Source of the DNA: Acidimicrobiales bacterium
GTDB lineage: Bacteria; Actinomycetota; Acidimicrobiia; Acidimicrobiales; AC-14
Reading direction: 5' to 3'
Assembly: GCA_036264885.1 (NCBI GenBank)
Contig: DATAQC010000047.1
Coordinates: 2,105-66,104 of the forward strand
DNA length: 64,000 bases
This document shows positions 15,744 through 24,232 of this stretch, piece after piece (within the stretch, counting starts at the first letter, position 1; the number at the start of each line of letters is the position of its first letter). The position numbers and the translations under genes are program-made. The notes under the pieces were generated by a model. That model had not been told where the DNA came from and did not search any database. It was given only the letters and a program-made list of their open reading frames with translations.

Positions 15744-18635
15744 CTAGGAGCGGGACCCGGCCAGCTCCTCGACGAGCAGTGTGCTCTCGACGGTGGGTTC
15801 CAGACCGAGCTCGGCCAACCGGGCCTTGAGGCGGGCGAAGGTGGCTTCCACCTCGTCGGGGCGGAACTGCCGGGCGTGCAGGCGCATGATGCGGCGGTAG
15901 AGCTGCTCGGCCACCGGGTCGACCTCGATGGCGTGGGAGAGCACGTCGAGCGCCCCCCGCACGTCGCCCGCCACCAGGCGGGTGGCGCCCAGGGACACGA
16001 GGACGTCGACGGCCCGCCGGCGCAGGTCTTCGCGCGGGACGTCGGCCCATGCCCAGTCGACGCCGGCCAGGAGCTCACCGTCGTACATGTCGGCGGCGTC
16101 CTGGAGGGCGGCGGCCCACTCGGGGTCGCCGGTGCTGGCCCCGGGGGGCGGCAAGGCGGCCTGGAAGCGCCACAGGTCGACGTCGAAGACGGGCTCGATG
16201 CGGTAACGCTCGCCGTCTCGTTCGATGATCTTCAGGGACTTGATGCCGGTGACGCCCCGCAGGCGGCTGCGCAGGTTGCCCAGCGCGGTCCAGAACCACT
16301 CCGAGCCCCGTCCGGCGTCGGCCTCGGGCCACAGCGCCTCGGTGGCCACGTCGAGGGTGGTGCCCTCGGGGTGCAGCAGGTAGAAGGCCAGGAGCTCGCG
16401 GGCCTTGGCCCGCAGGCCGCTGCGCACCTCGGCGCCGTCCACGTCGATGCGGTAGGGGCCCAGCACCCGGACCTGGATGGGCGCCGGAGTGGGGCCACTC
16501 AGCAGCACGAAGGGCTCGCTGTGCACCTCGACGAGCGGGGTCACCTCGTCGTCGGTCCGCGCCGCGGCCATGACCTCGAGCACCTCGGTCATGGCCTTCG
16601 AGCCCACGGTGAACATCCGGGAGCCGGCCAGGTCGGGTCCCCCGGACGGCCCGACCTCACGCACCGCGCCGCCGGGATCGATGCTGATGACGGTGGCGCC
16701 TTCGGTGGCCTCGCCCACCAGGAGGGCGGTCACGCCGACGTGGCGGCCACGCCCCACGAGGTCACCCACACGCGGTGCCAGAGCGCCCAGCGGTTCCGAG
16801 GTGACCAGCAGCAGGGTCGGGTAATCGGGGTCGTGGCCCCCTCCGGTGGGCGGGGCCGCGGTGCGCCGGGTGATCTCACCCTCGACGGAGTCGAGGGCGC
16901 TGGCCAGGTCGGCGGCGGTTTCAAGACCGGGGAAGTTCGGACGGGTCGGGAGCAGGTCGCCGGCCACGATCACCGAGGCCGAGGGGCCTCGCGTGGCCAG
17001 GAAGGTGGCGACCAGGGCCCGGCCGGCATCGTGGGCGTCGGGACCGACGAGGGCGACAGGCCTGGGAGCCAGGTCGACGGCGACCTCCTCGCCGTCGCGC
17101 TCGGCGGCCACGACGGTCGCGCCGGTGAACGGCGCTCCTGAAGCGCCCCCGCCGCCGTCGGCGGGGGCGGAGCCGGAGCCCCAGGCCAGGCCGCGGCGCG
17201 CCAGGGCGAAGCGCTCCAGACGCCGGCTGAGCTCTCCGGCGAAGGGGTCGTGGCGGAACAGCCCGGCGGCGGGCGCTCCTGCCGGTCGCCGCCGGCGGCG
17301 ACGAAGGCGGGCCCGGCCCAGGGCGGTGCTGACCCCCATGGCGAGCGTGGGGCCCACGGCCACGCCGGGCAGGACACAGGTTACCGCCGACTCCCGGTCG
17401 CCAGGCGCGGCGGGCTCGCCGGCGTCGGCGACGACGCCTCCGGCTGCCGGCGCACCGGCGGAGGACCCGGCCTCGGAGACGTCGGGTGTGGGGCCGGGGG
17501 CGCCGACCTGGCCTCCCCGGGCGACGGGCTCGGCGGCGGCAAACGCCATGGGCCCAGCGGCCATCCCCGGCAGCAGGGGGGTTTGGACGGGGGCGCTGAC
17601 CTCGCCGCCCGGGACGACGGGGGCGCCGACTTCGCCGCGCGGGCCCTCGCCGCCCGGGCCCTCGCCGCCCGGAGGCGGGGCCGCTTCGGCGGTGGTCACA
17701 GGGCCGTCGCTCGGCGACGAGCCCAGCGGGACCACCGGCGGCGCGTCCGGGGCCGGAGGGGCGGGTGCCGGCGCCGGCGACGCCGGCACGGCCGGCGCAA
17801 GCCACCGCTCGACGGCTCGGCGCACGGCCTCGTCGACCACGATGGTAAACCACTCGGCCGCCTCGTCCTGGGCCTCGTGCAGCTGGGACACGATGTCGGG
17901 GCCATCGCCCTCGTCGTCCGCCGGCGCGGGGGCGGCCGAGTGGTCGGCGGACAGGGTGGGGGCCAGGGCGTCGGCCACCGCGGCAGGGAGGGCCTCGGAC
18001 AGGGCGGCGCCGAGTTGGGCCACCACGCCACGCAGCTCGGTCACGGCGCCGGAGACGGCGGACTGCACGGCGCCGGAGACGGCGGACTGCACGGCGCCGG
18101 CCACCAGCTCGGGCAGGGCCTGGGCCAGCTGGGCGCGGGTGTCACGCAGCGTGGCCGCTTCGTTGCGGAGGTGGGCCGTGCAGCCCTCCAGCTCGGCCAG
18201 GGTGGAGTTCAACTCTGTGGCCTGTGACCCGGTGATGCGCAGGACGGTCTCTTCCTGGCGCCCGAGGCGGTTGGACAGGCTCTGCAAGTTGGCGTTGACG
18301 TCGTCGAACTCGCCGCGCAGCCAGGCCAGCACCTCGGCGGCGGGATCGGGCACCGGCGGCGGCGGCTCGGGCCAGCCGCTGTCGGGCTCGTCGATGCCGC
18401 CGTCGGCAGTGCCGTTGCCACTCACCGGTGGCCTTCCTTGGGCCCGCTCAGCTTCCATCTCGGCGGCGATCTCGGCCTTGATCTCCGCTTCGATCTCGGC
18501 GACCGGTGGGACGGGCGGGTCGAGATCGGACCGACCGGGGTAGGCGGGCTCCGGAGGGCGCTCGGACATCACCTCACCCGCCCAGCTGGGGGCACGGTGA
18601 GAACCGCCGTCGGGCGCGCGGGCACCCGGGGACAC
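15744..18635 (-). CDS. Large multidomain protein with C-terminal SARP module (OmpR-type winged helix plus BTAD)
   Basis: The last ~270 aa read VRVLGPYRIDVDG..V......KARELLAFYLLHP.G...D...EALWP followed by a BTAD-like helical region. The N-terminal half is coiled-coil and Pro/Ala-rich with in-frame tandem repeats. The start is uncertain; an alternative ATG lies at 18569. Confidence 0.65.
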   Translation of the reverse strand: MSPGARAPDGGSHRAPSWAGEVMSERPPEPAYPGRSDLDPPVPPVAEIEAEIKAEIAAEMEAERAQGRPPVSGNGTADGGIDEPDSGWPEPPPPVPDPAAEVLAWLRGEFDDVNANLQSLSNRLGRQEETVLRITGSQATELNSTLAELEGCTAHLRNEAATLRDTRAQLAQALPELVAGAVQSAVSGAVQSAVSGAVTELRGVVAQLGAALSEALPAAVADALAPTLSADHSAAPAPADDEGDGPDIVSQLHEAQDEAAEWFTIVVDEAVRRAVERWLAPAVPASPAPAPAPPAPDAPPVVPLGSSPSDGPVTTAEAAPPPGGEGPGGEGPRGEVGAPVVPGGEVSAPVQTPLLPGMAAGPMAFAAAEPVARGGQVGAPGPTPDVSEAGSSAGAPAAGGVVADAGEPAAPGDRESAVTCVLPGVAVGPTLAMGVSTALGRARLRRRRRRPAGAPAAGLFRHDPFAGELSRRLERFALARRGLAWGSGSAPADGGGGASGAPFTGATVVAAERDGEEVAVDLAPRPVALVGPDAHDAGRALVATFLATRGPSASVIVAGDLLPTRPNFPGLETAADLASALDSVEGEITRRTAAPPTGGGHDPDYPTLLLVTSEPLGALAPRVGDLVGRGRHVGVTALLVGEATEGATVISIDPGGAVREVGPSGGPDLAGSRMFTVGSKAMTEVLEVMAAARTDDEVTPLVEVHSEPFVLLSGPTPAPIQVRVLGPYRIDVDGAEVRSGLRAKARELLAFYLLHPEGTTLDVATEALWPEADAGRGSEWFWTALGNLRSRLRGVTGIKSLKIIERDGERYRIEPVFDVDLWRFQAALPPPGASTGDPEWAAALQDAADMYDGELLAGVDWAWADVPREDLRRRAVDVLVSLGATRLVAGDVRGALDVLSHAIEVDPVAEQLYRRIMRLHARQFRPDEVEATFARLKARLAELGLEPTVESTLLVEELAGSRS

Positions 18636-18754
18636 CTGCTCGTCATGACGGCGAGCTTACCGGCAGGGTGCGGCGCGCCCCAGTCCGAGCGGGATGGGCG
18701 ACAGGGCGCCGGCGACCGGGAAGCGGGCGCCCGCCCGAGTACCGTCACCGGTGC

Positions 18755-19768
18755 GTGTCCCCGAGCCCGGCATTCGACCGCCGCATCGACCTGGCCCATC
18801 AGCCGACGCCGCTGGAGCCAATGGACCGTCTGGGGGCCCACCTGGGCATGGCGGCGGGCCGCCTGTGGGTGAAGCGCGACGACATGACGGGGCTGGCCGG
18901 CGGGGGCAACAAGGCCCGCAAGCTCGAGTACCTGTGCGCCGACGCCGTCGACAAGGGCTGCGACACCCTGGTGACCGGGGGCGGCGCCCAGAGCAACCAC
19001 GTACGGATGACGGCGGCGGCGGCCAACCGCCTGGGCCTGGCCTGCACCATCGTGCTGAACGGCGAGCGACCCGAGCCACCGTCGGGCAACGTGGTCCTCG
19101 ACGAGTTGCTGGGTCCCGAGATCGTGTGGGCGGGGCGCCAGGGCGAGCTCGACTACTTCGGCATCGAGGGGGCCATCGACGAAGCCTGCCGGCGCCTGAG
19201 TGCGGGCGGCCGCCATCCCTACGCCATGCCGATCGGCGGAGCCAGCGTGGTGGGAGCCCTCGGCTACGCCCGAGCTGCGGTTGAGCTGGTGGCCCAGGAC
19301 GCAGGGTTCGACCTGGTGGTGGTGGCCGACGGCTCGGGGGGGACCCACGCCGGGCTGGTCGCCGGCCTGGGCGACCACCGGGCGGTCTACGGCGTCGATG
19401 TCGGGGCCCGCCCCGACCTGGACCAGACGGTCCCGCCCAAGGCGGCCGAGGTCGCCGCCCTCGGCGGGTTCCCGGCGCCCGTGGGCGACGCGGGGCCGGG
19501 CGGCCACCCGGCGGCGGTCATCGACCACGACCGTTTCGGGGGCGCCTACGGCGCCCAGACCGACCAGACCCGTCAGGCCATGCGCCTGGCGGCCAGGACC
19601 GAGGGGCTCATCCTCGACCCGGTGTACACGGGCAAGGCCATGGCCGGGCTGATCGCGGGGGTGGCCAGTGGACGCATCCCGGTCGATGCGAGGGTGGTGT
19701 TCGTCCACACCGGTGGGCTGCCGGCGCTGTTCGCCGCCGGCTTCCCCGAGTGGCTCAGCCATGGATGA
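18755..19768 (+). CDS. PLP-dependent D-cysteine desulfhydrase / ACC deaminase family protein
   Basis: Contains PTPLEPMDRLGAHLG..LWVKRDD.TGLAGGGNKARKLEYL. I chose the GTG start at 18755 because the upstream part of track ORF 18506.. is Arg/Pro-rich. Confidence 0.75.
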   Translation: MSPSPAFDRRIDLAHQPTPLEPMDRLGAHLGMAAGRLWVKRDDMTGLAGGGNKARKLEYLCADAVDKGCDTLVTGGGAQSNHVRMTAAAANRLGLACTIVLNGERPEPPSGNVVLDELLGPEIVWAGRQGELDYFGIEGAIDEACRRLSAGGRHPYAMPIGGASVVGALGYARAAVELVAQDAGFDLVVVADGSGGTHAGLVAGLGDHRAVYGVDVGARPDLDQTVPPKAAEVAALGGFPAPVGDAGPGGHPAAVIDHDRFGGAYGAQTDQTRQAMRLAARTEGLILDPVYTGKAMAGLIAGVASGRIPVDARVVFVHTGGLPALFAAGFPEWLSHG

Positions 19769-19800
19769 AGCGCATTTGAGGATCGAAGGTTAGGAGCCGT

Positions 19801-20703
19801 ATGGTGCGCCACAGGATGGCCGACGAGACCGCAGTGAGACCACGCAGTCGCATGGGCGCCTACGTGGCCCTCACCAAGCCGCGGATCATCGAGTTGCTGC
19901 TCGTCACCACGCTGCCGACCATGGTGGTGGCCAAGCGGGGGCTGCCGTCGGGCTGGCTCGTCCTGGAGACCCTGGTCGGCGGGGCCCTGGCCGCTGCCGG
20001 CGCCAACACCATCAACATGTACATCGACCGCGACATCGACAAGCTCATGAAGCGGACGAGTCGCCGGCCCCTCGTCACCGGTGAGATCACGCCCACCAAC
20101 GCCATGGTGTTCGCCGTGACCCTCGAGGTGGCCGCCTTCGGCGAGCTGTGGCTGCTGGTGAACCTGCTGAGCGCCGTCCTGGCGGTGAGCGCCACCCTCT
20201 TCTACGTGTTCGTCTACACGCTCTGGCTCAAGCGCACCTCGTCGAACAACATCGTCATCGGAGGGGCGGCGGGCGCCGTGCCCGTCCTCGTCGGGTGGGC
20301 GGCGGTGCGCAACTCCCTGGGGCTGGCGCCGCTGGTTCTGTTCGCCATCATCTTCTACTGGACGCCGCCCCACTTCTGGGCCCTGGCCATCCGCTACCGG
20401 GAGGACTACGCGGTGGCCGACGTGCCCATGCTGCCGGTGGTGGCCTCCTTCGCCCAGACGGCCCGGAAGATCGTGATCTACACCCTCGTCCTGTGGGCCA
20501 TCACGCTGGTGTTCTGGCCGGTGGGGCAGATGGGCGACCTCTACCTGGCCTCGGCCATCGTGCTCGGTGGGGTGTTCACCTGGAAGGCCGTCCAGTTGGC
20601 CCGCAGCGGCACTCCCGAGCGGGCCATGAAGCTGTTCGGCTGGTCGATCACCTACGTCACCCTGCTGTTCGCGGCCATGGCCGTCGACCAGCTCATCCGC
20701 TAG
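19801..20703 (+). CDS. ctaB: Protoheme IX farnesyltransferase (heme O synthase)
   Basis: UbiA-family polytopic protein. Contains YVALTKPRIIELLL, NMYIDRDID and WTPPHFWALA. Confidence 0.9.
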   Translation: MVRHRMADETAVRPRSRMGAYVALTKPRIIELLLVTTLPTMVVAKRGLPSGWLVLETLVGGALAAAGANTINMYIDRDIDKLMKRTSRRPLVTGEITPTNAMVFAVTLEVAAFGELWLLVNLLSAVLAVSATLFYVFVYTLWLKRTSSNNIVIGGAAGAVPVLVGWAAVRNSLGLAPLVLFAIIFYWTPPHFWALAIRYREDYAVADVPMLPVVASFAQTARKIVIYTLVLWAITLVFWPVGQMGDLYLASAIVLGGVFTWKAVQLARSGTPERAMKLFGWSITYVTLLFAAMAVDQLIR

Positions 20704-20755
20704 TGCGGCTGCGCGAGTCGATCAGCCGCAGGGCTGCTGTATAGAGTCCGCCGAG

Positions 20756-22474
20756 ATGTCTGCGACCGACACGAGCGAGGCACACGAGGTGGAGGCTCCG
20801 GCCGCCGAAGAGGTTCCCGTCTCGGAGCCGTGGTCGCCCGGCACCGACCACAAGGTGGTGGGCACGCTGTTCGTGGTCGTGGGCCTGCTCTTCCTGGTGG
20901 CCGCCGGCGTGCTCGCCCTGGTCCTTCGGGCCCAGATGGCCGGTCCCGACGCCGGCGTGGTGGGGCGAACCACCTACCGCGAGCTGTACACCTTGCACGG
21001 CGTCCTTGGCGTGTTCTGCTTCCTGGGCCCGGTGTGGGTGGGACTGGCCACCGCCATGGTGCCCCTCCAGATCGGCGCCACCCGGCTGGCCTTCCCCCGC
21101 CTGCAGTCCCTGGCCCTCTGGCTGGTCGTGGTCGGGGGGGCGATGATCGTGGCCGCACCCTTCATGAACGGTGCCGACGTCATCAGCGGCTGGGCCCTGT
21201 CCACACCGGTCCCCGACGGAGCCTCGTTCTCCGGGCACGGACCCGACCTGTTGATCCTCGGTCTGGCCATCGTGTGCATCGCCTTGGTGGCGGCTTCGGT
21301 GAACCTGATGGTGACGGTGCTGAAGATGCGGGCTCCGGGTCTCACCCTGCGGCGCGCCCCCCTGTTCTCCTGGTCGGTGCTCGTTTCCAGCTCGATCCTG
21401 CTCCTGGCCCTGCCCGTGCTCGTCGGCGCGCTGGTCATGCTCTTCGTCGACCGCCACTACGGCGGGCACATCTTCAACGGCTTCACCGGCTCGGGCGGCG
21501 GTGACCCGCTCCTGTGGCCCCGACTGTTCTGGTTCGCCGCCTACCCCACGCTGTGGGCCCTGCTGCTGCCCGGCCTGGGCGTGGCCTCCGAGATCGTTCC
21601 CGTCGCCGCCCGCCGCCGCATGTTCTCCCACCAGCGGGCTACCCTCGCCATCGGGGCAGTCGGCATCCTCGCCTTCGCCGGGTGGGGTAGCCAGTTGCAC
21701 TCACTCACCCGGGCCCGCTTCATCTTCGGCGTCGGCGCCATCGTCGTCCTGTTGCCGGTCGCCTCGCTGCTGCTCAACTGGCTGGCCACCCTCGCCATCG
21801 CCATGCGCCAGCACACCGCGGGCCCCAAGAACCTCAAGACGGCCCCCATGGTCTATGCCGGCGGGTTCATCGCCCTCCTGGGCCTGGGAATGGTCGGTTG
21901 GGCCGCCGCCGTGGTGAGCGGCAACGCCGGCCGGTCCAACTACTGGCAGGCCGCCTCGCAGCACACCCTTTTCTTCGGTGCGGCCACGCTGGCGGTGGTG
22001 GCGGCGCTGGCGTACTGGGCTCCCAAGCTGTGGGGCCGGCACCTGTCGGACAAGGCCAGCCTGCCCACCTCGGTCCTGCTCAGCGGAGGCATGGTCGTCA
22101 CCTTCGGTGCCTTCTTCGTCCTCGCCTACCAGGGCCTGGCGATGCACGCGTCGTCGTTCTCCGACACCGACCTGACGCCGGCCAACCTGGTCGCCGGCAT
22201 CGGGTCGGCCATCACCGGTCTCGGTCTGCTGGCGTTCGTGGCCGACCTGTGCGTGAACGTGATCGCCGGGCGGGGCCGCCAGGCGGATCCCGACCCCTGG
22301 ACGGGCCACACCCTGGAATGGTCCACGTCGTCGCCCCCGCCGTCCTACAACTTCGACCGTCTGCCCGAGATCCGCTCCGAGGCGCCCATGCTCGACCTGC
22401 GTAGTGCATCCGACTCCCTTACCGGCCCCGGCGGCGTCCCCATCGCCGCCACCGTCGCCCGGGCGTCGGGATGA
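20756..22474 (+). CDS. Heme-copper oxidase subunit I paralogue lacking binuclear-centre ligands
   Basis: 572 aa. It aligns along its length with the canonical CtaD in this window at DHK, YxxLxTxHG, PLQIGA..LAFPRL, DPLLW, NWLAT, YW.PK..G..LSD and TLEWS. However GHPEVY is AYPTLW, WAHHMF is QLHSLT and AHFHY is ASQHT. Confidence 0.8.
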   Translation: MSATDTSEAHEVEAPAAEEVPVSEPWSPGTDHKVVGTLFVVVGLLFLVAAGVLALVLRAQMAGPDAGVVGRTTYRELYTLHGVLGVFCFLGPVWVGLATAMVPLQIGATRLAFPRLQSLALWLVVVGGAMIVAAPFMNGADVISGWALSTPVPDGASFSGHGPDLLILGLAIVCIALVAASVNLMVTVLKMRAPGLTLRRAPLFSWSVLVSSSILLLALPVLVGALVMLFVDRHYGGHIFNGFTGSGGGDPLLWPRLFWFAAYPTLWALLLPGLGVASEIVPVAARRRMFSHQRATLAIGAVGILAFAGWGSQLHSLTRARFIFGVGAIVVLLPVASLLLNWLATLAIAMRQHTAGPKNLKTAPMVYAGGFIALLGLGMVGWAAAVVSGNAGRSNYWQAASQHTLFFGAATLAVVAALAYWAPKLWGRHLSDKASLPTSVLLSGGMVVTFGAFFVLAYQGLAMHASSFSDTDLTPANLVAGIGSAITGLGLLAFVADLCVNVIAGRGRQADPDPWTGHTLEWSTSSPPPSYNFDRLPEIRSEAPMLDLRSASDSLTGPGGVPIAATVARASG

Positions 22475-23136
22475 CCATGACCGCTCCGGTCCGGGCCACG
22501 GCTCCGACGCCGGCCCCCGCCCCAGGGTTGTCGGCACCGGCGTTGCCTGCGGGCCGCGACGAGCCCATGCCTGCCGGCCGGCCCAACGGCACCACGCTGC
22601 TGGCCATGAAGTTGGTGCTGGCCGCCGACGCCATGGTCCTGGCCACGCTGCTGGTGGCCTACTTCACCATCAAGCAGGGCGCGCCGGTGTGGCCGCCCAA
22701 GGGCGTCAAGGTCGGCACCTACCTGCCCACCATCATCACCATCACCGCCGCCATGTCGGCGGCGTCGGGTTGTTGGATGCTGTTCTGCGTCCGTCGCAAC
22801 GACCAGCGCAACGCGGTGGCCGCCGCCGTGCTCACCGTCATCCTGGGGACGGCCGTGGCCAACGCCCAGTGGTACTCGATCACCAACCCCAAGTTCGGGG
22901 CCGATTCCCACGCCTACGGCTCCCTCTACAAGGTGATGCTCGGGTTCCACCTGGCCCATGTGGTCGCCGGCATGGTCATGATCGTGGTGGTCGCCGCCCA
23001 GGCCCTGGCCGGGCACTACGGCAGCGAAGACCACGAGCCCGTCTCCGCCGTCGTGTGGTTCTGGCAGTTCGCCAACGTCGCCTGGGTGGCCATCGTGGTG
23101 GCCCTGTTCGTCCTCAGCCCCCATGCCACCAAGTAG
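22471..23136 (+). CDS. Cytochrome oxidase subunit III-like paralogue (5-TM type)
   Basis: Its ATG overlaps the upstream stop (ATGA). MLGFHLAHVVAG and WFWQFANVAWV align with LTGFHGAHVTLG and LYWHFVDIVWI of the canonical CtaE in this window. Confidence 0.7.
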   Translation: MTMTAPVRATAPTPAPAPGLSAPALPAGRDEPMPAGRPNGTTLLAMKLVLAADAMVLATLLVAYFTIKQGAPVWPPKGVKVGTYLPTIITITAAMSAASGCWMLFCVRRNDQRNAVAAAVLTVILGTAVANAQWYSITNPKFGADSHAYGSLYKVMLGFHLAHVVAGMVMIVVVAAQALAGHYGSEDHEPVSAVVWFWQFANVAWVAIVVALFVLSPHATK

Positions 23137-23145
23137 GACGACCTC

Positions 23146-24123
23146 ATGCTGAGCCAGTCCTCCAAGGTCTTCCTTCCCCTCGCCGGGCTGTCTTTGGTGA
23201 TGGCTCTCGCCTACGGCATGGCCACCGGCAACACCGACGGCACGGTGCTGTTCTTCGGGTTGGTGGTGGCGGCCACGTTCGCGGGCGTCAGCGTGAGCGC
23301 GGCGCGGGAGAACGAGTTCGCCCCCCGGGTCGCCCCCGACGCCCCTCCACCCGAGTTGCACCGGGTGACGTGGGCCCGCCCCGTGGCCGGAGGGCTGTGG
23401 TCGGCCCTCGGCGCCGCTGCCGTCGGCCTGGCCGTCTGCGGGTTCATCGTCGGTCCCGTCCTGGCCGTCGCCGGCCTGGTGGTGGGGATCGCCGCCATCG
23501 TGGGCTGGATGACCAGCGTCTCGGCCGACCACACCGGCCGCCGTCTCGACCTGTCACCGCTCGCCATACCGGTGGTCGGGTTGTTCACCATCTTCTGCCT
23601 CATGTTCTCCATCTCCCGGGTGCTGCTGGCCGTGCCCGAGCAGGCCTCCACCGTCATCGCCATCGCCATCGCCATCACCATCCTGGGCACGGCTTCGCTC
23701 GTTAACTTCCGGCCCGGGCTGTCCAAGCGGTCGCTGCTCGCCGTCCTGGCCGTGGCCGGGGTGCTGTTCGCCGGTGGCGGGGTGGCGGCCGCCTCGTTCG
23801 GCCCGCGAACGATAGAGAAGCCCGAGGGCGTGGCCCCCGCCCCGGTGAAGCTCGCCGCCGCGGGCATCCAGTTCGTCAACAAGGACCTCACCGTCAAAGC
23901 CAACCTGCCCGCCGAGATCGTCTTCGACAACAAGGACAAGAACATCGTCCACAACGTCGCCGTGGCCAGCGACGCCGACTTCTCCCACCGGATCTTCACC
24001 GGCGACGTGGTACCCGGGCCCCGGACCATCGACTACAAGTTCAAGGCGCCGGCTGCCGGAACCTACTTCTTCCGCTGCGACATCCACCCCAGCATGCAGG
24101 GCAAGTTGACCGTGACCAAGTGA
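23146..24123 (+). CDS. Polytopic membrane protein with C-terminal type-1 copper cupredoxin domain
   Basis: About 6-7 hydrophobic helices are followed by IQFVNKDL.V......VFDNKD...HNV ... YFFRCDIHPSMQGKLTV. The ligand pattern H...C-x2-H-x2-M is amicyanin-like. It starts 9 nt after the upstream gene. Confidence 0.75.
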   Translation: MLSQSSKVFLPLAGLSLVMALAYGMATGNTDGTVLFFGLVVAATFAGVSVSAARENEFAPRVAPDAPPPELHRVTWARPVAGGLWSALGAAAVGLAVCGFIVGPVLAVAGLVVGIAAIVGWMTSVSADHTGRRLDLSPLAIPVVGLFTIFCLMFSISRVLLAVPEQASTVIAIAIAITILGTASLVNFRPGLSKRSLLAVLAVAGVLFAGGGVAAASFGPRTIEKPEGVAPAPVKLAAAGIQFVNKDLTVKANLPAEIVFDNKDKNIVHNVAVASDADFSHRIFTGDVVPGPRTIDYKFKAPAAGTYFFRCDIHPSMQGKLTVTK

Positions 24124-24232
24124 GGCGCGTCAGCGACCGTGTGACGGGTGTGGCCGAGATTGGACGAGTGACCGGGAGGCGGGAGACAGTGGGGGCGAAC
24201 ATGACCGCCAGCGCCACCGGGAGACCACCGAA

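Noticed and set aside
16846-18543. 565-aa plus-strand ORF, and the similar 15501..17141 ORF
   Set aside because: They are antisense to the SARP-containing gene, whose C-terminal domain is clearly recognisable. Their translations are Ala/Pro/Ser/Arg low complexity.
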